Part shown: positions 46,831 through 55,687 of the stretch, piece by piece
Layout of the letters: every line of letters starts with the position of its first letter
How positions within the stretch are numbered: the first letter of the stretch is position 1
The notes under the pieces: generated by a model
Seen by the model: the letters and a program-made list of their open reading frames with translations, nothing else
What the model was told of the DNA's origin: nothing
The model's database searches: none
DNA from: Octopus bimaculoides
Lineage: Eukaryota
Length of the DNA: 55,687 bases
Assembly (NCBI RefSeq): GCF_001194135.2
Contig: NC_068990.1
Location: 19,691,489-19,747,175, forward strand
Direction of reading: 5' to 3'
Translations under genes and position numbers: made by a program

Positions 46831-49800
46831 TCTGCTTTAAATACTGTTTATTAGTAAAGTTTATTGATTAATGATTTGTTGATCTGCCTCTCTGCTAGAG
46901 TTCCATAATTTCACTTTTCTATTCTGTATCACAAATATAGTTTCATATGAGCATTATCCATTTTTTTGCGAAGAAAAGGAAACTTTTACACACGTAGACT
47001 AAATTCTCAATATGCAGAGGCATTTACTGAAAGAAAGAAAGAGAAATTACTTTTTGAATAAGCATCATATTGTGGCATCAAATTTATTCAGTGACATCAT
47101 CTGCATACTCTACTTTCTTGAGACAGAGTAGAAAACCTGATAATCATTGATCAAGCCGCGTAACATTTTCTTTTTGCGCACATAAACACAGTTTTATACC
47201 TTCTGTTTGAGAAGCTGGTAGAGTTTCTCGAGAAGTGGGCATACTGAAATTCTGGTCTACAAGAAATGCATTATCTTTCTCTAATCATATAAATGTTCAC
47301 TTATTCTTTCGAATAGCACTTTGGAGAGTTACTCCTAGATTTTCGACATACACTAATATGACGAGAGGTAGAAATAAATGAAGGTGTTTTCTAGAGTTCG
47401 TTGTTGCGCTACCCATAATGAGACATCTAGCTACTTGGTTTGAAATAATTAAGACAGTGTTGTAACTGGATTGTGACTCTCACAGCAGTATGAAAATTGA
47501 TGATCAACAATTCTGAATGCTGTCTATGATAAAAAAAATTCAGTTTTCTAATCTCTAACAATTATCAACTGAAGACGTTTTTATGTTTTTTTATTCACTC
47601 TTCCCTATATTATACCGTGCTAATATATTTGGTAACTGAGCAGCTTTTTCAAAACATGTATTTCCAAAAGTTGCTATGATATATCCATCAGCGTAGGGTT
47701 ACTGCGACATTCTGTATTTATAACAATGTCAAATTGATTATCATTTCTATCTAGATATCCCGCTGGAGATGACTTTAATTTCCGTCTTCCCCAAATCATT
47801 AGAAAATGCATCTGTTATTTATTTCGATTTAAAAATCCTTACTCTTTAGTGTTCTCAAATCACAAGTGTAACAATACCTTCCAGACATGACCTCGTAGCT
47901 GATTTTCGAACTCTGCACAAGGATTAGCCACTATAGATTACGTTTTCCCTTTTTTAATGTAATAAGATGTGGTAACAAAGGAATTCCGGTGTTTATTTGA
48001 GCAGGACAAGCGTTTTCTTTGCATCAGTCCCAATTCTGGAAATAACGAGTATTATCCCATTCTTGCTAGTTTTCAGACAATTTCTATAACAAAACACCTC
48101 ATTTATGCACTAACCTTGTCTGGCCTGATTTTAATTTGCCAAAAACAAAACAAAAGACTTTAAAGAATAAATGAAGTTCCTTCCTCTTTTCGATGAAAGG
48201 GTTTTAAGAGCCAGTGAATTAAAAAATATTGCTTACTTAATAAAACTGTGATTAGGGTTAATTTTTTTTCAAGTTAGTCATTATTTGATGAAAAAAAAAC
48301 CTGTGTTTGGGCAATAATAAGTTGGGAATGATGCATTCACTAATGGGTTGTTTAAAAATGAATGTACTCTTCGCTTAAATGTTGGCGCTGCTGTAGATGG
48401 TGACTCATCCGTTCAAAAATGCATTCTCTCCTTTTGTGTTTAAATTCACACCATTTCATTAAAGATCCCTATGTTGACAAGAATTGTATTGTCACAAATT
48501 CCCAGTTGTATTTGGTTTCGTGTGTTTAATGAATTTTTGTTAAGACATAAAATCGTTTTTCTTAAAGAACATCAATTATGTTTTGCAAGATTTACCAAAC
48601 GATATAAAAAAGGAAAAGCAAATTAGAAGCAAATTTATATAGGAAAATAAATGTCATTTCTTAAAAAAAAAAAGAAAATATGATTAAATGGATTTTAAAA
48701 ATAAAGGATAAATAAACGTGCAATAGTAAAAGTAATTTTGGTTCAAACTAGAAGTGATATTTGAATGAGAGTGTGGACAGACTTGAAAGAAAATTCGTGT
48801 AACTCGAAAACGATATCGAAACAAATAGGAAGTAGTCAATATAAATTTTTAAATCAAAGGAGAAATTTTAGATAATTGGAGAGATTTAAAACTTCTTGAT
48901 AATATTTATGTAATTTCCAAAATTGTGTAAAAATGTTAACAAAAGCAAACCTTTATATATATAACGATTTGATATCATGTGCTATATACTATGAGAAAAT
49001 ATCAATACTGCTATAGAAACGTTCCTTCCCGCATTAATTTATTGACTGTTGTTTTTATAGATATTTATTGGTATCATAATATTATTTACAGCTTTTGGCA
49101 AATTTAATTTACATCTCCAAGGAAAGCAATGATTATATTTTTTATATAATTAGATATTCAGAAATAGGAAGATGATAAACTGAATATTGGGTGGTCCATA
49201 TTCTGTTAAGGGTATGGACAAATGCATTTGATACACATTGACATATACGAGTCATGTTTAGGTATATACCACGTTAGTTATCCACATTATCGTCTGGTAG
49301 AGTCACCCATCTAGCTTGATCTTAGCACCGGGCTGTTGTATACTCTGCGTAAATGTTCTTAATATTCGGTTGAACCTAATGCACCCTTAATATGAAATTC
49401 TGAAACTAACACCTTAAGAACTTATGTCAGAAGATCTGCGAAAATATGCATTCCTGAGATGAGATACATTTTGCAATGAATATAATGCACATAATATAGG
49501 GAGGATATTATAATCAGACTTTGTAAAACAAGCCATTAGATCACGAATTTTGCGTCAAAGCACTAAGTACAATTTTAACTTACAGTGTCGTTGTCTACCC
49601 GTTTGCATGCTACTGTAATAGGGTCAGAGTTATTGTTGCATGATATTCTATTTTTTGCTGACGTTTGTATCAATCAATTATTTACTTGACATAATACTCC
49701 TTGATTAATGTTAACTTACTTAGTTCAATGATCATCAAAAATCTAAATGAACTTGTATAAGCGCTTCGGAAATAACAATATTAGCTCATTGACAAATATT

Positions 49801-52051
49801 ATATCATTTACTACAGAGGGACAACATTGGAACTTTTTGTTTTTAATCGATCTTCTCAGCGTAATGGTCGAAATCACGATGGTATATTTAAAAAATGTGC
49901 ATGCTACGTCGTACGGGTGGGCAACCGTCACAAACTACCATATTTAAAAATATAAATAACTGTCAGAGGAGGACCACAATACTTTTTAATAATCCGTTCC
50001 AACCAAAAACTTTCTGTATTATTGCTACACATGCTACAAATATCAATGAAATTTCTGTCTTGGACAAATAACTCTGTGTCCTCTGAACTAAGAGTCATGT
50101 TGAATAATATATATATGTCATAATTAAAAACACGAAATTATTTTGCTCATATGTCTACTCGTTCAGACAATATCTTGGCTAAAAGCCCACAAGAAATAGA
50201 CATTCTTTCCTATTTTTTGCCCTTGTATATTGTTAATTCATAAGTACACTATTATTTATTGATTGACACAAACATTTGTTACTTTGTAATTAATGTTTTT
50301 ATCAGTGGTAGCTGTTACGTCTACATGTAGCAACACCACCACCGAGATATCTTTAAAAAAAAAGAAAAGATTTTTGTTAATACAAAATGAGTATTTGAAA
50401 CCAGCATAAAATTTATATCCGTCTCAAATACTTATTTAATGTTACTCTGACCATTTTTGTAATTATCAAATATAAAATATTTCTCAAGTCTCGATGCAAA
50501 GTTTGTGAATATTTGGTAACTTAACAATGGAAAGGAGCCAGGACACTAATTAAGGAAATGTTGCGTCGAAATGTATATATTATTGTATTTTATTCAATTG
50601 GTATGCTGTTACTTCCTTATTAATGTTCAAAAATGTTCTAGAATACCAAGGCTGTATTTGATTATCAGAGAAAGAATTTAAAAGCATCTGTCATGTAACG
50701 GACTCATAAAATGATCTTGAAAGCAATCGATAAACTAAACTTATGAAAACCTCATTAATCATTACAATATTTTCCCCTCTTACAGTTTGCTGATAATAAT
50801 TTTACTTATCTTATTGTCATATACACTGACAAAACAAATCATCAATCCCAGGCTCTTAATCTGTTTCCATGTTGATTTACTTGGCAAAATTTTGAGCGGA
50901 TGAATAGAAATTTAATTTTAATGACATCTCGTTGACTGGAAATGTGTCAAATTTATTAATATAATTTACTTACATTTATAAAGAAAGAATGTAGAAGCTA
51001 TAAGCATTCCGATCAATGAACTTAAAAACAATTTTTTCGTTACTATTGTTGTTCTATCGGTTAGGCACAATCAGTAGGGAACTGAAAACAATGCGCAAAC
51101 CTATCTAGAACCCCACTTTTTTTTTGTTTTTTGCTAAATGTAAGCTGAGATGTAACATGCGAGGGTGGAGCCAGGTTGATAAATTTGCTCTCGTATCAAC
51201 GATCTATCGCAAAATTGAGGTGAGGGTGATATCAAAATTTACTTCCTAAAGTTATTTTTTATTTTAACTGATTCCATTAGACATAAGCCTCAACTTTACA
51301 GTGTCTATTTTCTCTTAGTATAAACTTTCAGGAATATACACAAACCAAAAAAAGCAAAAGCGGTGTAAACGCCATATATTTTTATGGTATTTACGCCATA
51401 TTACCATATTAATATTTTCTTAATATCGCTTCATGTTACTTTATATCATTTAAAATACAACATAAAACTTGATAGAAAACAATATTTTACATATGATGTC
51501 AGGGACTCTTGAGCCAGAGGTCAACCGCCACTATCAATAACAATACAAAATCACACATGGTGCATTATATTAGTAGAATTTGAGACGAATAATCGATAAA
51601 TGTCTGAGAAAAAAATGCGAATAAGTCTAGTTAGCTCATAAACATGAACATTGTATTTTAATAAACTGTTAATCGAAGAACTTAGTCTCAAGCAACTCGA
51701 TATTTTATTATGCATACGTACACACAGAGAAATCACACGCGCCCTCATACATGTTCACGCATATACTTTCATGTGTATATATATAAATATATATATATAN
51801 NNNNNNNNNNNNNNNNNNNNNNNNNNNNNNNNNNNNNNNNNNNNNNNNNNNNNNNNNNNNNNNNNNNNNNNNNNNNNNNNNNNNNNNNNNNNNNNNNNNN
51901 NNNNNNNNNNNNNNNNNNNNNNNNNNNNNNNNNNNNNNNNNNNNNNNNNNNNNNNNNNNNNNNNNNNNNNNNNNNNNNNNNNGATGTTGTTGTACTTGGG
52001 GATGGTCATATATATATATATATATATATATAGTGTATATAAGAGAATCTT

Positions 52052-52177
52052 CCTTCAACAGGCAGTTTTACACGCTAGAAGGAGTAGTCACAATGACCAA
52101 AGCCACATTTAAGAGTAAATTTTGATGTTTCGGTCATTTTGACTACTTCTTTTAGCGTGTAAAACTGCCTGTTGAAG
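52052..52177. repeat. Inverted repeat, 47/46-bp arms with 33-nt spacer (probable inverted Penelope pLTR fragment)
   Basis: CCTTCAACAGGCAGTTTTACACGCTA pairs perfectly (26 bp), then imperfectly to ..ATGACC. The minus strand holds degenerate CTAAAGA-A..GTC-AAAAT-GACC-GAAAC-ATC. Confidence 0.8.
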
Positions 52178-52345
52178 GCAGTTTTCACTTGTGTTTAAAT
52201 ATACACTATTTTATACTGAGAATATGTTGTCTATTGACTGTTTATACATGCTAGGCCACTGGTAGTTAAATTTCTAAAAAATATTCGTTACCCTATATTT
52301 TACACATGCATATGATAAACACAAATGCACAGACACAGTCACACA

Positions 52346-52346
<1 letters not shown>

Positions 52347-52423
<77 letters not shown>

Positions 52424-52430
52424 GTCTGTC
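52347..52430. repeat. (TATC)n microsatellite
   Basis: Read directly. Confidence 0.95.
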
Positions 52431-52504
52431 TATACATACATGCATACATACATACGTACATATAATTCGATATCTTTATATATACAGAAATATACAACTA
52501 TATG

Positions 52505-52795
52505 AATATGTGGCCTAGTGGTTAGGGAGTTGGACTCACGGTCGCGAGATCTTGGTTTCAATTCCTGGAAAGAATGGTGAGTGGTGTTCTTGAGCAAAAT
52601 ACTTCATCTTACGTTGATCTGCGTTCACGTCGACATCTGTCGCGTGGCACACAGTGCACCTGCTCAGACAAAGTCGATTTAATGGAGGCAGTGAGCTAAT
52701 GTACGGCAGGAAAATTTGATCACATTTGTGCAGCTCGTTCGGAAAAGGCTGAACGCCCATGCGTCGAATTCGACAGGAGAGTCCATCATCATCAT
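52505..52795 (+). mobile_element. tRNA-head CORE-SINE (family C-like)
   Basis: GTGGCCTAGTGGTTAGGG A-box, GGTTTCAATTCC B-box, GTGTTCTTGAGCAAAATACTTCATCTTACGTTG CORE-like segment. Confidence 0.75.
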
Positions 52796-53212
52796 ATATG
52801 TGTATAGGCAAATACTCGAGAAGCGGAAGACACATGATTCCCATGCACTTTTAGAGGTAAAAAGTGATCATGGTGGTGTATAAGAAACCATATAATATCA
52901 TATATTGACGTACGTTTAATGACGTATTCGTATAGAAATGCCAGTGAAATTCACAGAAATAGTAGACAACAAATATCTGTTTTGGTAATTTGATTGAGAA
53001 GTAAAGAACTTGTTACTATTGAGTTAATGTAATGCAAGCGAAAGACAAAAGCAGACATGGAAGAAAAACTCTGAATGTTGTAATAGAAAATAATAGTTGG
53101 TACCTAGGGATAGCATTGGTCATTGTTTGAAAGTACAATAACTGTTGCAATCTTGAAGCCATTGACCGTTGAACTCGGCCACGAGTAAACAGCCAGACCA
53201 TATGCATGCTTT

Positions 53213-53243
<31 letters not shown>

Positions 53244-53393
53244 CATATAAGCACACACTCAATAGACATATTCATACACATATATACACAAATATACATA
53301 GATATATATATAGAGAGGTAGATACACATAAATATATATGTATATATGTATATATATAATAAAAAAATAAGCAACACGGATTTCAAAGGTGAT

Positions 53394-53482
53394 TGCAGTA
53401 CGCACGTTTCATGCTACTTCAATTTATTTAAGTAATGCGAGCATTACCTTAAATGCAATATGAAGAGCAATCTTCAGCTGCA
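53394..53482 (-). ncRNA. Type I hammerhead ribozyme motif with extended stem II (intact core)
   Basis: Minus strand: TGCAG-CTGAAGA-T-TGCT-CTTCA..[GTAATG-CTCG-CATTAC]..TGAAG-T-AGCA-T-GAAAC-GTGC-GTA-CTGCA. CUGANGA, GAAA, GUA triplet and a 5-bp stem I. Confidence 0.75.
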
Positions 53483-53781
53483 CGAAAATGCAGAAAAAAT
53501 TACTGTAGAAAAGACATATTATAAATGTGGCAACGTTTCAAATCCAAGTGGGAGAGAGAATACATAAAAATCCAAATGTGAGGAAGAATAGACTCGGCTA
53601 TGTCAAGATGGACTTATGTATTATTCCTCACATTTGGATTTTTATGTATTCTCTCTCCCAATTGGATTTGAAATGTTGCCACATTTATAATATGTCTTTT
53701 CTACAGTAATTTTTTCTGCATTTTCGTGCAGCTGAAGATTGCTCTTCATATTGCATTTAAGGTAATGCTCGCATTACTTAA
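53428..53781. repeat. Long inverted repeat: 163-bp arms (53428-53590 / 53619-53781), 28-nt spacer, right arm runs into a gap; probable inverted Penelope pLTR pair
   Basis: Manual alignment shows 3 mismatches in 163 bp. Both arms carry the hammerhead 5' half. Confidence 0.9.
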
Positions 53782-54078
53782 NNNNNNNNNNNNNNNNNNN
53801 NNNNNNNNNNNNNNNNNNNNNNNNNNNNNNNNNNNNNNNNNNNNNNNNNNNNNNNNNNNNNNNNNNNNNNNNNNNNNNNNNNNNNNNNNNNNNNNNNNNN
53901 NNNNNNNNNNNNNNNNNNNNNNNNNNNNNNNNNNNNNNNNNNNNNNNNNNNNNNNNNNNNNNNNNNNNNNNNNNNNNNNNNNNNNNNNNNNNNNNNNNNN
54001 NNNNNNNNNNNNNNNNNNNNNNNNNNNNNNNNNNNNNNNNNNNNNNNNNNNNNNNNNNNNNNNNNNNNNNNNNNNNNN
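53782..54078. other. Assembly gap (others at 699-912, 8887-8896, 9291-9300, 9970-9979, 32006-32015, 51800-51982)
   Basis: N runs, mostly adjacent to microsatellites. Confidence 1.
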
Positions 54079-54109
<31 letters not shown>

Positions 54110-54504
54110 TGTATGTGTGTATGTATGTATGTCTTCAGAGGTGTTTTGTGGGGTGTTCTGCAATAGCGTTCCACTACTATCGAGTAAAGTTTTTTTTAAC
54201 ATCATAATTGTTAATGCGAACACAAAAACAGACTGTCGGTGACTAAAACCAACCGGTTCTAGAACAGACGGATATTGGTTCTTTAAGCAGGTCTCAAACA
54301 ACCATAAGTTGGAATACATAATAACTGTGAATGTCAAATAGTCGTTAGCATATTGCATATCTGGTTGCAATAGATATTTTCAATACTATGCAAATGTATA
54401 CATAACGTGCAAGAGTACTTTCTTCCAGTCTATGCAAATATCTATATATATTTTCACGACTGTAGATTCTATTATCGCATTAATAAATTAATATGAAATA
54501 TTGT

Positions 54505-55010
54505 GAAAGCATGTGGACTAGTAGATAGTGTGTTGCTCTCACGATCGCCAAGTCGTTGGTTCGAATCCCGAACCGGTTGGCGTATTTTGCTCTTTAGCAA
54601 AACGCTTCATTTTGCGTTGCTTTAGTGCTGTGCAGGGACTGGAACACCAAAGAATACAATCAGTGTTTCCTCTACGTGTCGTAAAAGGTGACAGAAAGAT
54701 CTTGAGATAGGATTAATCTAACCTCATAAAATCTTCACCTGCAACAAGTACTCAATCAGACCCATGGGTTGGAAGGCTGTTGCTTTAGTGATAGAAATGT
54801 GTCATCCACCAGGGGTAGGGAATCACCAGCAAATGAAGGATGCAGTGACTCATTGTTACAGCGCAAGCACCCATACTATTACTACACGTTTGCTAACCAA
54901 TCTCTGTCACTGCTCTGGGTTTATCTAAATTTATGACATCATTGTCCGTTGTCCAGTTTGTCTAGCAACCCTCTTCACCAAGGAATCCTGGTAAAGAGAT
55001 TTGTTACGAG
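54505..55010 (+). mobile_element. Degenerate tRNA-head CORE-SINE and associated body
   Basis: GCATGTGGACTAGTAG..GGTTCGAATCCC B-box..CTCTTTAGCAAAACGCTTCATTTTGCGTTGC. Confidence 0.55.
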
Positions 55011-55687
55011 CAGGAGTTATTCATTTTATAATAATTGTATTGCATTCAATGAGAACAATAGCACTCAAATAAATTTGTCGAATTAGTTGTTTGCCACGTG
55101 AAATATTATACTTCATAATCCTTCTGCAATGCAATTGTCGATATGCAACATTCTACTTCGCCTCCTCGTTATCAGTTAATTGCTGCTTTCAGACCGAGCG
55201 ATAATATTACACTTTCACATGTCATGCCGAACAGTGAAAGGTCAATAACCGATACGCTACATTTTAGACACAAACACTCCAACACGCAGCCGTGGTATCA
55301 TGCATACACACAGTTCTCTCTTTTTATTTCTCTCAAATTGTCTGCATCTGATTATGGAGTGCGTGTGTGTGGAAAAATAAATATTATACATACCTGTATA
55401 TGTCTAGCTGTAAATTAATGTATTATGATTTTCGACGTTGCGGGCACTTACTGTATGCTGATAAACGCCAAGTTTTAATAATTAGATCAGACTATGAGTG
55501 GCTGAATGCTTCACAGAAACGTGCACCCAAAAGGCATATCTCAGCAACAATAAACATTAACGATTCGGGACTTAAATTGTGACAGGGTTAGAAACAGCGT
55601 CCATAATCCAATTCCGTTCATTGGGTAAGGGTCAGATCGTGGCTTTCAAACCAATGTTCAGAACATATATATATATATATATATATA

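Overview
AT-rich, repeat-dense animal DNA with seven assembly gaps. The SINE families point to an Octopus genome (inference). No complete gene is visible, and most ORFs in the track come from microsatellites or chance. One convincing host exon is present: 45696-45875 (+), 60 codons with canonical AG/GT. It encodes the M3-M4 part of a pentameric ligand-gated ion channel resembling the Cys-less (Pro-loop) metazoan type, so much of the window may be intronic to that gene. The rest is a transposon landscape: about 20 tRNA-derived SINE copies of three families, 3' fragments of CR1-, Tx1/L1-, RTE- and R4/Dong-like (RLE) LINEs, a decayed Helitron Rep gene, two mariner MITEs, and several Penelope-like terminal repeats carrying type I hammerhead ribozyme motifs. 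Most interesting signals: (1) at least three hammerheads with an unpaired N.N pair at the base of stem II, two of them sharing downstream hairpins with compensatory changes and one inside a 163-bp near-perfect inverted repeat; (2) a CR1 LINE and a CORE-SINE sharing a covarying 3' stem-loop; (3) repeated insertion of SINEs just upstream of other SINE heads; (4) an RLE retroelement inside a (CATA)n tract; (5) the Cys-less channel exon. All family assignments rest on motif recognition by eye and need database confirmation.
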